DNA of 64,000 bases from Bacillota bacterium (GTDB lineage Bacteria; Bacillota; Clostridia; Lachnospirales; CAG-274): positions 259-64,258 of the forward strand of contig JAFUAF010000020.1 in the NCBI GenBank assembly GCA_017460805.1. The letters are read 5' to 3'. This document shows, piece after piece, positions 29,669-39,401 of the stretch. The notes beneath the pieces are model-generated. The model was not told the DNA's origin, did no database searches, and saw only the letters and a program-made list of their open reading frames with translations. Position numbers and translations under genes: made by a program. Position 1 is the first letter of the stretch; each line of letters begins with the position of its first letter.

Positions 29669-30097
29669 ATGAAAACATCAAAAGTAACCCCTACAGATAT
29701 AATTTTACCTATATTAAGTGCACTTTTGGCGCTTGGCGCGGTATTTCTGTTCCATGCCTGTCCCGCAAAGGAGGACGGCAGCTTTATGTCATGCCATTGG
29801 GCGCAGGAGACGGTGTTTGGCCTGGGCTGCGTGATGACTGTTATTTCGGGTCTGCATGCGGGTGCCGATTCACGTAGGATGAAAACAGGCATCAGCCTTT
29901 CGATGATACCTGTCGAGATCTATACCGCCCTTGTTCCGGGATGCGTTGTCAAGCTTTGTGCTATGAAAAATATGCGCTGCCATACGGCTATGCGTCCCGC
30001 CGTTGTTATAATTTCGATTTTGCTTCTTATTACATCGGCCGTTGATATTTATATCGGCAGCAAACGGGAGGGCGGCAAAAATGAAGCTGATATTTAA
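29669..30097 (+). CDS. DUF4418-like small membrane protein
   Basis: 142 aa with four hydrophobic segments and two M-x-CH motifs (FMSCHW, NMRCHT). AAGGAGAGG RBS before ATG 29669. Family call is from memory. Confidence 0.6.
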   Translation: MKTSKVTPTDIILPILSALLALGAVFLFHACPAKEDGSFMSCHWAQETVFGLGCVMTVISGLHAGADSRRMKTGISLSMIPVEIYTALVPGCVVKLCAMKNMRCHTAMRPAVVIISILLLITSAVDIYIGSKREGGKNEADI

Positions 30098-31268
30098 AAA
30101 CCTTATTAAAAGACCGGGCAGGACGGCGGCATTGCTGCTTTTGTCGGTTTTTCTGGCCTTTTCTGTTTTTGGCGGAACAATGACCGTGCTTAGTTTAAGG
30201 CGCGGCCTTGAAAGTCTTGAAGCAAGGCTTGGTGCAGATGTTATTGCCGTACCCGACAAGGCAAAGAACAAGCTTGAAGATATACTTTTGCAGGGTGTGC
30301 CTGGCTATTTTTATATGGATAAGGAAAATGTTGAAAAGATAGCACAGACCGAGGGAGTGGAGGCTGTTTCTCCGCAGTATTTTCTTGCATCGGTAAGTGC
30401 GGGCTGCTGTTCGGTGCCTGTACAGATCATAGGCTTTGAGCCGTCAACGGATTTTTCGGTGCAGCCGTGGATAAAGCAAAGTTACGGCAAAGAACTGCAA
30501 AATGACGAAGTCGTAGCGGGTGCAAATATAAATGCGGAAGTCGGCGAACATCTGCGTTTTTACGATCAAAGCGTTAAAGTGGCGGCTAAACTGGATAAAA
30601 CGGGTACAGAACTTGATAATGCGGTCTATACAAATGCAGATACTTTGAAAGATCTTCTTGGTGCGGCTGTTGACAAAGGCCTTGTTGTGCTTGCAAAAAA
30701 CGACCCCGATAAGCTTGTTTCTTCCGTGCTTATAAAGGTAAAGGACGGTTACAGCGCGGAGGACGTTGCAAGTGATATAAGCGTTAATATCCGCCATGTC
30801 AGCGCTGTAAATACAAAAAACATGGTATCGGGCATAGCGCGGAGTCTTTCGGGTATCTCCGATATGACAGGGCTGATGATAATTGCCGTCTGGATGCTGT
30901 CACTTATAGTTATGGCGATCGCATTTTCTATGATAATAAATGAAAGAAAACGTGAGTTTGCCGTTTTGCGTGTGATAGGCGCAACAAGGGGCAGACTGGC
31001 GGCAACTGTGCTTGGGGAAGCTTTTTTTATCGGACTTATCGGCGGTGCGATCGGTGTTCTTGCAGGTGCGCTGGCAGTATTTCCGTTTTCGGGTCTGATA
31101 GAAGCAAAACTTGGACTGCCGTATCTTACACCGTCATTCGGTGCATCAATGGGTGCCGCGGGTGCTGCTGTTCTGTCGTCGGTTATTGCGGGACCGCTCA
31201 CATCGGCGCTTTCCGCGGTGCGTGTCAGCCGTATGGATACGGGTTTGATTTTAAGAGAGGGAAATTGA
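30081..31268 (+). CDS. ABC transporter permease (FtsX/MacB-type)
   Basis: N-terminal TM, a ~230-aa extracytoplasmic domain, then a C-terminal FtsX 3-TM bundle. GGGAGGG RBS before ATG 30081, overlapping the upstream gene by 17 nt. Confidence 0.85.
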   Translation: MKLIFKNLIKRPGRTAALLLLSVFLAFSVFGGTMTVLSLRRGLESLEARLGADVIAVPDKAKNKLEDILLQGVPGYFYMDKENVEKIAQTEGVEAVSPQYFLASVSAGCCSVPVQIIGFEPSTDFSVQPWIKQSYGKELQNDEVVAGANINAEVGEHLRFYDQSVKVAAKLDKTGTELDNAVYTNADTLKDLLGAAVDKGLVVLAKNDPDKLVSSVLIKVKDGYSAEDVASDISVNIRHVSAVNTKNMVSGIARSLSGISDMTGLMIIAVWMLSLIVMAIAFSMIINERKREFAVLRVIGATRGRLAATVLGEAFFIGLIGGAIGVLAGALAVFPFSGLIEAKLGLPYLTPSFGASMGAAGAAVLSSVIAGPLTSALSAVRVSRMDTGLILREGN

Positions 31269-31269
31269 T

Positions 31270-31950
31270 ATGATACTTAAAGCAGAGGGAATGAGCAGGC
31301 GCTTTTTCCGCAAAAACGGCGGTGCAAACTTTTTTTATGCTGTGCAAAAGACTGATTTTACGCTTGAAGCAGGCAAATTGTGCGTAATAATGGGGCGCTC
31401 GGGCAGCGGCAAAAGTACTTTTTTGAATATGCTTGCAGGGCTGCTGGAACCGAGCGAAGGCAGGGTAATGCTTGATAATACCGATATTTATGCTATGGAT
31501 GATAAGAGTCTGTCGCGGATGAGAAATAAAAACATAGGTGTTATTCCGCAGGGGCAGACCGCACTTTCGTCGCTCACGGTGCTTGAAAATGTTAAGCTTC
31601 CGTATCTTTTGTACAACAAGCCAAGCGAAAAGATAGATAAGTATGCCGCGGAACTGATCGAAACCGTAGGTATCTCGACTCTGGGCAATTCCTATCCAAA
31701 TGAGCTTTCCGGCGGGGAGAACCGCAGACTTGCCATAGCGCGGGCATTGCTTATGCAGCCGGGGATATTGCTTGCCGATGAACCGACAGGCGATCTTGAC
31801 GATGAAAATACGAAAAAGGTACTGGAACTTTTGAAAAATGCCGCCCAAAACGGCACGGCGGTGCTTCTTGTAACACATGAAAATGATGCGGCAAACTTTG
31901 CGGACAGTCTGTACAAAATGGACGGCGGAGTATTGTCACAAATAAAATAA
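31270..31950 (+). CDS. ABC transporter ATP-binding protein
   Basis: Walker A GRSGSGKST, signature LSGGENRR and Walker B ILLADEPT. Confidence 0.92.
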   Translation: MILKAEGMSRRFFRKNGGANFFYAVQKTDFTLEAGKLCVIMGRSGSGKSTFLNMLAGLLEPSEGRVMLDNTDIYAMDDKSLSRMRNKNIGVIPQGQTALSSLTVLENVKLPYLLYNKPSEKIDKYAAELIETVGISTLGNSYPNELSGGENRRLAIARALLMQPGILLADEPTGDLDDENTKKVLELLKNAAQNGTAVLLVTHENDAANFADSLYKMDGGVLSQIK

Positions 31951-31954
31951 AAAC

Positions 31955-31993
31955 AAGCGGCGGCTTCGGGATAAAAGCCGCCGCTTTTGTGTT
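31955..31993. terminator. bidirectional rho-independent terminator
   Basis: AAGCGGCGGCTT-cgggataa-AAGCCGCCGCTT followed by TTGTGTTT. It lies between convergent genes. Confidence 0.75.
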
Positions 31994-31997
31994 TGGA

Positions 31998-33464
31998 TTA
32001 TTTTTTTATTACGGCAACAGCGCAGGGCACTCTGCCGTTTATAAGTGTAAAATCGGCAGTAAAGCCGTTTTGGGCAAAAAAATCTTTATAGGCGGCGTAG
32101 GTAAACTGCTGTTTGAAATCTGCGCCTGCCTTGTTTATGGTATTGATGTAAAGGCCTGTTTTGCCGCTGTCGTCCTTGTTGATATAAGTCGGGATGATGA
32201 CTTTTCCGTTGGTTTTGCAGACCCGCATAAGCTCGTTAAGTGCCGCTGACGGATCGTCAAGCAGATGTATAACATTTGCTGCTATCACCGCATCAAAAGT
32301 GTTGTCGGGGAATTTCAGCCTTGTAATGTCTGCGTGCCGAAATTTTATATTTTTTTGGCGGCGGCATTTTTTATGGGCTTTTTTAAGCATTGCCGAGGAA
32401 AAATCCGTTGCATATAACTGTTTGCAGTGTCCGGATATACGCTTTGTCAGCATACCTGTTCCGCAGGCACATTCAAGTACCCTGTCGGAGTATAAAAGCA
32501 GGGAATTTATATATTTTCCGAGAGCGTCATGTGTTTTTTTATTATAGAGCTCCGCAAAAATATCGTAAACGCCCGCTGTTCTATCCCAGAACGAGTTTTT
32601 TTGTTCGAGCTGTGTTGCTCTTGGAAGCGGCTTTTTGCTGTTTTCGAGGGTATCGCTTCGCTCGTCGTAGCCGTTGAACGGGGCTTTGGGGTCTGCGGGG
32701 CGCTGCCTGAAAAAAGAGTTGCAGTACTCGTCAACGTGTGCAAAGGCAAAATCAAAATCGTCCGTCCAGCCCGTATGTCCCGTTATCACTATGAGAGAAC
32801 GGCCGCGGAGTTTGTTTTTCAGGGATAAAAGCGAACGCTTTGACAGGTCGTTGTCCTCGGCGAGAGTATTTATAAAACTGTAGCCGCCGTCGGCGCCAAG
32901 CCACAGCGAATCTCCCGTAAACAGGTACTTATCGTCAATAAGGTAGTTTGTATGTCCGCTTGTGTGTCCGGGGGTCAGAAAACATTCTATTTTTATATCG
33001 TCTATATAAAACACTTCGCCGTCCTTAAAAAGACGTTTTTGGTTGGGTATCGTGACCTGCGGCAGGGTATAAAGACCGTAAATGACTTTGCGCCGCTTTT
33101 CGCCCGTAAGATAGCGGTTTTCGGCTTCGCTGATGTAAAGAAGAGCATCTTTGAAAAGCCCGTCGCTGTCGCTTTCTGCCGCGCCTACATGGTCTGTGTC
33201 CTGGTGGGTGATAAGTATGTGTTTTATATCCTTTGGGTCAAGCCCGAGCCAACTCATTTTTTCTTTAAGGCGGGGATAGTTGTAGCCCGCATCTATCATT
33301 ATGGTCGTGTTGTTTTTGGTGTAGAAAAAAATATTGGCTATGTATTCGCGCACACATTTTACATGCGAGTCGATGCTGCCCGTGTTAAGCGGCTTGAATA
33401 TGCCTTTCCCGCTGTATAACAGCGGCATGACCGCCTGCTGGAATTTTGATGCTTGTTTTGACAT
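31998..33464 (-). CDS. fusion protein: MBL-fold metallo-hydrolase + class I SAM-dependent methyltransferase
   Basis: The N-terminal half has THQDTDHVG (HxHxDH-type), TPGHTSGH and ITGH. The C-terminal half has methyltransferase motif I VLECACGTGMLT and ..DAVIAANVIHLL... Confidence 0.8.
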   Translation of the reverse strand: MSKQASKFQQAVMPLLYSGKGIFKPLNTGSIDSHVKCVREYIANIFFYTKNNTTIMIDAGYNYPRLKEKMSWLGLDPKDIKHILITHQDTDHVGAAESDSDGLFKDALLYISEAENRYLTGEKRRKVIYGLYTLPQVTIPNQKRLFKDGEVFYIDDIKIECFLTPGHTSGHTNYLIDDKYLFTGDSLWLGADGGYSFINTLAEDNDLSKRSLLSLKNKLRGRSLIVITGHTGWTDDFDFAFAHVDEYCNSFFRQRPADPKAPFNGYDERSDTLENSKKPLPRATQLEQKNSFWDRTAGVYDIFAELYNKKTHDALGKYINSLLLYSDRVLECACGTGMLTKRISGHCKQLYATDFSSAMLKKAHKKCRRQKNIKFRHADITRLKFPDNTFDAVIAANVIHLLDDPSAALNELMRVCKTNGKVIIPTYINKDDSGKTGLYINTINKAGADFKQQFTYAAYKDFFAQNGFTADFTLINGRVPCAVAVIKK

Positions 33465-33619
33465 GGTTTGCCTTCTTTCGGTTAGTTTGGTCTAACGATA
33501 TTGTAACGCATTTATCAATGGTTGTCAATCGGTTTTTGGATATAAATAACGATTTATGTTTTTACATTATTCCCCAAAACGATTTTTTATGATAAAATAC
33601 ATTTGTAAGGGGTGAGAGT

Positions 33620-34339
33620 ATGGGCAGGAAAAATTTGATTGTTTTGGTGTTGTGTATGGTGTTATCGGGGTGCCGCGCAGATATACCCAACAAGCCCAAA
33701 ACTGCGGATGTATCATGGGTAACGACCGAATTGTCACGGCGGCACGGCTGTGATTTTGATGTAAGTCTGAAAAGCGGCAAAAACGGCGGGAACTGTGCGT
33801 TTTCGGTCTATGACAGGGACAATGACTTTTATTTTACGGAAGTGAGTTATACAAACAAGGTAAAGCCGTTTTCCGCATTTGGTGTGGAGGTTTATAAAAA
33901 CGAAAGGTTTCTGTCCGATAATTGGTACACGGCAAAGATGTATAAGCAGGCGGCGGATAAGTATGACGGATGCGAGTACAGCGAGATGAATTTTACAATG
34001 CCGTATCAGACGGGCAGAGGAAATTTTGTGTCATACAGCGTGCTTGTAAACATAAACGGCAGGGAAGAGGTACAAGAGAGGCTTAAAACGATAACAGATA
34101 TAGTAAAAGAACCCGAAATAAAATATTTGCGCATAAAACTGAATTACGGGGCTTTTGTGCATAGTGAGCCGTTGTTTTGTCTGTATGCGGAGCAGCCCGA
34201 TCAATTTTCGGCGGATACGGGCGGGGAGAAGTGCTATTTCTTCTATAAAGATATGCAGGCCGGGGAGGGACTGACCGAGGACGAATTTTTGGCTTTAACA
34301 GCGGATGAGCTTGAAAAGATATATGCCGATTTGGATTGA
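33620..34339 (+). CDS. hypothetical lipoprotein
   Basis: 239 aa with lipobox VLSGC and GGGGTGAG RBS. No family recognised. Confidence 0.65.
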   Translation: MGRKNLIVLVLCMVLSGCRADIPNKPKTADVSWVTTELSRRHGCDFDVSLKSGKNGGNCAFSVYDRDNDFYFTEVSYTNKVKPFSAFGVEVYKNERFLSDNWYTAKMYKQAADKYDGCEYSEMNFTMPYQTGRGNFVSYSVLVNINGREEVQERLKTITDIVKEPEIKYLRIKLNYGAFVHSEPLFCLYAEQPDQFSADTGGEKCYFFYKDMQAGEGLTEDEFLALTADELEKIYADLD

Positions 34340-34364
34340 CCTAAACCGTTTTTTGTGATAAAAT
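34336..34364 (+). promoter_or_regulatory. sigma-A promoter candidate (paralogous to the sequence at 33572..33610)
   Basis: TTGACC (34336..34341) - 17 nt - TAAAAT (34359..34364), preceded by TGA. Confidence 0.45.
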
Positions 34365-34405
34365 AAATTTGTAAGTACGATAAATTTCGGAAAGGAAGAA
34401 CATAT

Positions 34406-35035
34406 ATGCACAAAATTTTTGCTTTTTTTGTCGCGGCCGTTCTGACAGTGCTTTTTTCTGTGTCGGTGTTTGCGGCGGAAATAAAGATAGAAAGTGCAAA
34501 GTACACCGGTGACGGTGCTGTTAAAGTAGCTTGTTCGCTGACGGACGGCGGTTCGGAACAGGAACTGACAGTTATTGCTTATGAGGCTGATACCGATTTG
34601 ACAAATACGGAGGCGATAAAAGCCGAGTCCTACAAGGATATTATCCATATAGACCAGATAACGGCAGAGGTCAAGGACGGTATGCTTGAATTTGTCTTTG
34701 ACCCCGCGGCATGGATAGACCGCGGCAAGACATACATTGTAAGTGTAGGCGGTGCCGGACTTAATATCGATAAAATGATAATTTCTGTCGATCCCGACGG
34801 GAAAATGACTTTTATAATCGGTGATACGGACGGCGATGACAAGGTAACGGCAGCCGATGCGGCTTATGTGCTGCAAAAGACTCTTATTGAAAGCATGGAA
34901 CTGCCGATACAGTTAAGATCCGATGATTGGTTTAAATATGCGGATGTGGACGGCGACGGCAAACTTACCGCAGCCGATGCCGCACTTATACTGCAAAAAA
35001 CACTTCTGGAAAGCTTTTCTTTTTCCGTACAATAA
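34406..35035 (+). CDS. small secreted dockerin-containing protein
   Basis: Signal peptide MHKIFAFFVAAVLTVLFSVSVFA, then a ~115-aa beta-rich module, then dockerin repeats GDTDGDDKVTAADAAYVLQKTL and ADVDGDGKLTAADAALILQKTL. Confidence 0.85.
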   Translation: MHKIFAFFVAAVLTVLFSVSVFAAEIKIESAKYTGDGAVKVACSLTDGGSEQELTVIAYEADTDLTNTEAIKAESYKDIIHIDQITAEVKDGMLEFVFDPAAWIDRGKTYIVSVGGAGLNIDKMIISVDPDGKMTFIIGDTDGDDKVTAADAAYVLQKTLIESMELPIQLRSDDWFKYADVDGDGKLTAADAALILQKTLLESFSFSVQ

Positions 35036-35045
35036 TCAATAATTA

Positions 35046-35076
35046 AAGCCGCAGGTTCTGCGGCTTAATTTTTTTA
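35046..35076. terminator. bidirectional rho-independent terminator
   Basis: AAGCCGCAG-gtt-CTGCGGCTT followed by AATTTTTTT. Confidence 0.8.
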
Positions 35077-35077
35077 T

Positions 35078-36244
35078 TTATTTCATTTCTTCTGCAAGTT
35101 TGTCCATCATTTCAACATCCTTGTCCTTCATAACGGATTTGATGGAAACAACGGTCTCGGCTACGGTCACATTCTTCATGCCCTCGAATGCCTCTTTAAG
35201 CTTTTTTGCTGCCATAGGCGCCCAGCTTCCGTTTTCTATAAAACCAACTTTGCGGTTCTGATAATTTTTGCTCTTAAGGTGGTTTACAAAGGTCTCAACT
35301 ATCGGGAAAAGACCTGCATCATAAGTAGCGGCGGCAATTATCATTCTGTTGTAGCGGAATGCATCCTCCACACACTCGTGAAGGTCGTCGCGGGAAAGAT
35401 CTGCTACAGAAACTTTGTTATAGCCTTTTTCTTTGAGTATTTCAGCCATTTTTTCGGCAGCTGCCTTTGTATTGCCGTGGATAGAACCGTAAGCGACAAA
35501 AATGCCGTCTGTTTCGGGCTCATATTTTGACCATGTATCGTAAAGGCCGATATAATATCCCAGATCGTCATTGAGCACAGGACCGTGGAGCGGTGCGATG
35601 ACCTTGATATCAAGGCCGCCTACCTTTTTAAGTACAGCCTGTACCTGTGCGCCGTATTTGCCTACGATATTGAAGTAGTAGCGTCTTGCTTCGCAAGCCC
35701 AGCCCTCTTCGTCGAAGCTGTCAATGGCGCCGAACTTGCCGAAACCGTCGGCGGAGAAAAGAACCTTGTCGGTCTTTTCGTAAGTCATCATAACTTCGGG
35801 CCAATGCACCATAGGCGCCATATAAAATTCAAGCTCGTGCTTGCCTAAAGAAAGCGTGTCCTTTTCCTTTACAACAAGTGAACGTGCGCTTATGTCCATA
35901 TCAAAGAACTGCGGTATCATATTTTTTGTCTTGTCGTTGATAACAAGCACAGCCTCGGGATATTTTTCCGCAAAAGCCTGCAAGCTTGAAGCGTGGTCGG
36001 GCTCCATGTGCGAAACGATGATATAATCGGGCTTTTTGCCGTCAAGTGCAGTTTCAAGGTTTTTGAACCATTCGTCCTGCTTACGGCAGTCAACGCTGTC
36101 CATAACAGCTATTTTTTCATCCTTTATAAGATACGAGTTGTAGGAAACGCCAAGCGGCACTTCATACTGGCTTTCAAACAGGTCAATGTCCTTGTCGTCA
36201 ACGCCTATGTAAATAATAGAATCCGATACAAATGTATTTTCCAT
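35078..36244 (-). CDS. FprA-family A-type flavoprotein (flavodiiron protein)
   Basis: 388 aa. MBL-like domain with diiron ligands in SHMEPDHAS, plus a C-terminal flavodoxin-like domain (..VAYGSIHGNT..). Confidence 0.88.
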   Translation of the reverse strand: MENTFVSDSIIYIGVDDKDIDLFESQYEVPLGVSYNSYLIKDEKIAVMDSVDCRKQDEWFKNLETALDGKKPDYIIVSHMEPDHASSLQAFAEKYPEAVLVINDKTKNMIPQFFDMDISARSLVVKEKDTLSLGKHELEFYMAPMVHWPEVMMTYEKTDKVLFSADGFGKFGAIDSFDEEGWACEARRYYFNIVGKYGAQVQAVLKKVGGLDIKVIAPLHGPVLNDDLGYYIGLYDTWSKYEPETDGIFVAYGSIHGNTKAAAEKMAEILKEKGYNKVSVADLSRDDLHECVEDAFRYNRMIIAAATYDAGLFPIVETFVNHLKSKNYQNRKVGFIENGSWAPMAAKKLKEAFEGMKNVTVAETVVSIKSVMKDKDVEMMDKLAEEMK

Positions 36245-36261
36245 GTTATATCCTCCGTTTT

Positions 36262-37533
36262 TTATTTGTATTCCAAAGCCTTTCTTACAGATGCAAGTTT
36301 AACACAAATACAGAAAAGCTCCATTGCCTGTTCCAGTTCGTCACAGGTGGGGTATGAGGGTGCAATACGGATATTGCTGTCGTCGGGGTCCTTGCCGTAG
36401 GGGTAGGTTGCGCCCGCATTTGTCAGCGACAGACCCGCTTCTTTGGCAAGTCTTACCGTTTCCTTTGCGCAGCCGTGCATTGTATTTACCGATACAAAGT
36501 AGCCGCCGAGGGGCTTTTTCCATTGCAGCATATCGCTGTCCTCAAACTCCTGATTAAGTGTCTCAAGCACGATATTGAATTTCGGGCGAAGCTCTTTTGC
36601 AAGTGCCGCCATATGGCTGAGCATACCGTCAACATCCTTGAAGAAATTGTACACTCTGAGCTGATTTATCTTGTCATAGCCGATAGTCTGACGGCCGAAA
36701 TGCCTTTTTATTTCTCTTATGTACTCATCACCCGCCGCCACGAGCGCAACGCCCGAACCGGGGAAGGTAATTTTTGAAGTCGAGAAGAAATAGAGTATTC
36801 TGTCCTTTGTATGGAACTGACGGCAGGCATCAAAAATATTCATAAGCGATACCTGCTTGAATACATGGTGAACGCCGTATGCGTTATCCCAGAATATCTT
36901 GAAATCGGGTGCGGCGGTCTCCATAGCGGCAAGGCGCATAACAGTCTCGTCGCTGTAGCAGGTGCCGTCGGGGTTGGAGTAGAGCGGCACGCACATGATA
37001 CCCTTTACCGCGGGGTCTTTTACCATGCTTTCGACCATGTCCATATCGGGACCGTCCTTTTTAAGCGGTACACATACCATCTCAAAACCGAATTCCTCGC
37101 AGATGGCAAAGTGTCGGTCATAGCCCGGTACGGGACAGAGTATCTTGACCTTGTCCAGCTTGCCCCAAGGGGTAGAGCCAAGACTGCCGAACATATAAAG
37201 TCTTGCCATAGCGTCGTAAATAAGGTTAAGACTTGAATTTCCGCCGATTATCATATTGTAGCACGGGATATCCAAAAGGTCGGAAAACAGACGCTTTACC
37301 TCGTCTATACCGTCAAGTATGCCGTAGTTTCGCGCATCTATGCCCTGCTCCGTGATGTAGTTTTCAAGCGGCGCGGTAAGGATACCGTTTGAAAGGTTAA
37401 GCTGGTCGCCCGAGGGCTTTCCGCGGGACATATCAAGTGTTATATTTCTGCTTTTAAAATCATTGTATTGGTCTGACAGCTTTTTTTCCATATCCGTAAG
37501 CTGCGCCTTTGAAAGAGAAGCAAGGGTCTTCAT
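36262..37533 (-). CDS. aminotransferase (class I/II fold, uncharacterised subfamily)
   Basis: 423 aa. The N-terminal LDMSRGKPSGDQLNLS and the PLP-enzyme fold pattern are seen by eye. GGAG lies 8 nt before ATG 37533; the GTG 37542 start is rejected. Confidence 0.75.
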   Translation of the reverse strand: MKTLASLSKAQLTDMEKKLSDQYNDFKSRNITLDMSRGKPSGDQLNLSNGILTAPLENYITEQGIDARNYGILDGIDEVKRLFSDLLDIPCYNMIIGGNSSLNLIYDAMARLYMFGSLGSTPWGKLDKVKILCPVPGYDRHFAICEEFGFEMVCVPLKKDGPDMDMVESMVKDPAVKGIMCVPLYSNPDGTCYSDETVMRLAAMETAAPDFKIFWDNAYGVHHVFKQVSLMNIFDACRQFHTKDRILYFFSTSKITFPGSGVALVAAGDEYIREIKRHFGRQTIGYDKINQLRVYNFFKDVDGMLSHMAALAKELRPKFNIVLETLNQEFEDSDMLQWKKPLGGYFVSVNTMHGCAKETVRLAKEAGLSLTNAGATYPYGKDPDDSNIRIAPSYPTCDELEQAMELFCICVKLASVRKALEYK

Positions 37534-37735
37534 TGCATACACTCCTTAATTATGTACTGTTTTGCATTTCCACACAATCACGACTGCAAAAAATCATATA
37601 TACTGATTATACCTTTTTTTATGCTGTTCTGTCAAGTGAATTGCTAAGATTTTATGAAAATATTTACGGGCAAAATTGCCGTTTTGCAAGTTAAAAAGTG
37701 TGTTCCTGCATATCAGGGTCATATCATCGTTTGAC

Positions 37736-37774
37736 GACAAAAAAAGGAGACTGTCATCGAGAGACAGCCTCCTT
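37736..37774 (-). terminator. rho-independent terminator of floA operon
   Basis: On the minus strand: AAGGAGGCTGTC-tctcgat-GACAGTCTCCTT followed by TTTTTT. Confidence 0.8.
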
Positions 37775-37783
37775 GATTTATTA

Positions 37784-38776
37784 TTATTTATCTGTTTTGT
37801 TGTTGCCTTTTACGCCAACTTCAAAATTCATTTTGCTGAGAGCATCTCTCATTGCTGTGTCTGCAATGCGGTTTTGCATATTATAGTAGTCCATAGCACC
37901 GATATTGCCGCTTTTTAAAGCCTCTGCAAGTGCTAACGGAACCTGTGCCTCCGCTTCTACTACCTTTGCGCGCATCTCCTGAACGAGTGCCTTTCTTTCC
38001 TGCTCGGTAGCGATAGCCAATGCACGTCTTTCCTCTGCCTTAGCCTGTGCGATCTGTTTGTCGGCTTCTGCCTGCTCGATCTGAAGATGAGCACCGATAT
38101 TTCTGCCTATATCAATATCTGCTATATCAATAGAAAGAATTTCAAAAGCAGTACCGCTGTCAAGACCCTTTGTAAGTACACATTGCGAGATACTGTCGGG
38201 GTTTTCGAGCACGCTCTTGTGAGAGTCGGACGAACCAACAGTTGTTACGATACCTTCGCCTACACGGGCGATGATAGTTTCCTCACCTGCACCGCCGACA
38301 AGACGGGCGATGTTTGTTCTTACGGTAACTCTTGCGATAACCTTTACCTCGATACCGTCTTTGGCAACAGCCGATATCCAAGGTGTTTCAATGATCTTGG
38401 GTGTAACGCTCATTCTTACGGCTTCAAACACATTACGGCCCGCAAGGTCGATAGCTGCTGCACGCTCGAATGAAAGTTCAAGGTTTGCGCGGTGTGCTGC
38501 GATAAGAGCATCCACAACGCTGTCAACACGGCCGCCCGAAAGCAGGTGGCTTTCAAGCTGGTTAATGTTAAGTGCAAGACCCGCTTTTGTACCTTTTATC
38601 ATGGGGTGGATTATTCTTTCGGGTCGTACACGTCTTAAACGCATACCGAAAAGTGAAAATACACTTACGTTAACGCCCGAAGCAAGCGCTGTTATCCACA
38701 GCCCAAGCGGTACAAAATTCAAAAATACGCTTATAATTATAATAACTACAACTATAACAATAATTGCAAACGGCAT
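37784..38776 (-). CDS. floA: flotillin-like protein FloA
   Basis: 330 aa. The N-terminal ..[30 protein letters not shown].. is characteristic of FloA/YqfA. Confidence 0.9.
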   Translation of the reverse strand: MPFAIIVIVVVIIIISVFLNFVPLGLWITALASGVNVSVFSLFGMRLRRVRPERIIHPMIKGTKAGLALNINQLESHLLSGGRVDSVVDALIAAHRANLELSFERAAAIDLAGRNVFEAVRMSVTPKIIETPWISAVAKDGIEVKVIARVTVRTNIARLVGGAGEETIIARVGEGIVTTVGSSDSHKSVLENPDSISQCVLTKGLDSGTAFEILSIDIADIDIGRNIGAHLQIEQAEADKQIAQAKAEERRALAIATEQERKALVQEMRAKVVEAEAQVPLALAEALKSGNIGAMDYYNMQNRIADTAMRDALSKMNFEVGVKGNNKTDK

Positions 38777-38793
38777 TTATATCATCCTCCTTT

Positions 38794-39261
38794 TTATTCT
38801 GCCTTTTTGACATAAAGATTGTTTGCGTAAACCTTGTATGCAACTACCTTCTCGCCCGCGGGGATAAAATCGCCGTCACAGTATGCTTCTGTTACCGTGC
38901 CGCCAAAATCCACCTTGCCGTGCGGTTTAAGCGGTGTTTTAACAACGCCGTCCGAACCGACAAGACCGTTTAGCACGTTTTGTTCCTCGCCGTCGGTGTC
39001 AAGGGTGTCTTTTAATACAAGTTTGCCGTAAACGCCGAATTTTTTGGCTGCCTCGATCGCAATATAGCCTATCGCCGCAAGTATCACCAGACCCGATACG
39101 ACAATCATAATACCGTTTTCCATTGTGGTCACCGTAATAACGGCGGCTATCGCCACAGAAAACAGACCCATGATGCCGAATACGCCAAAGCCCGGTATAA
39201 ATATCTCTGTCAGCAGAAAGACTATACCAAGTATCAGCAGCCCTAATGCTGCATAAGCCAT
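38794..39261 (-). CDS. NfeD family membrane protein
   Basis: 155 aa with three TM helices and a C-terminal OB-like domain (..GKVDFGGTVTEAYCDGDFIPAGEKV..). Canonical partner upstream of floA. Confidence 0.85.
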   Translation of the reverse strand: MAYAALGLLILGIVFLLTEIFIPGFGVFGIMGLFSVAIAAVITVTTMENGIMIVVSGLVILAAIGYIAIEAAKKFGVYGKLVLKDTLDTDGEEQNVLNGLVGSDGVVKTPLKPHGKVDFGGTVTEAYCDGDFIPAGEKVVAYKVYANNLYVKKAE

Positions 39262-39365
39262 AATATTCCCCCTTGTTGCCGCATTATTTTTACAAATTCA
39301 GTATATCATATTTATACAAGGCTGTCTATTAAATTTTTGTTAACTTTTTAAGACAAAATAAATAC

Positions 39366-39396
39366 AAAAATGCGGACTGCAAAACACAGCCCGCAT
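39366..39396 (-). terminator. rho-independent terminator of spoVA genes
   Basis: On the minus strand: ATGCGGGCTG-tgttttg-CAGTCCGCAT followed by TTTTTG. Confidence 0.75.
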
Positions 39397-39401
39397 AAGT
39401 T

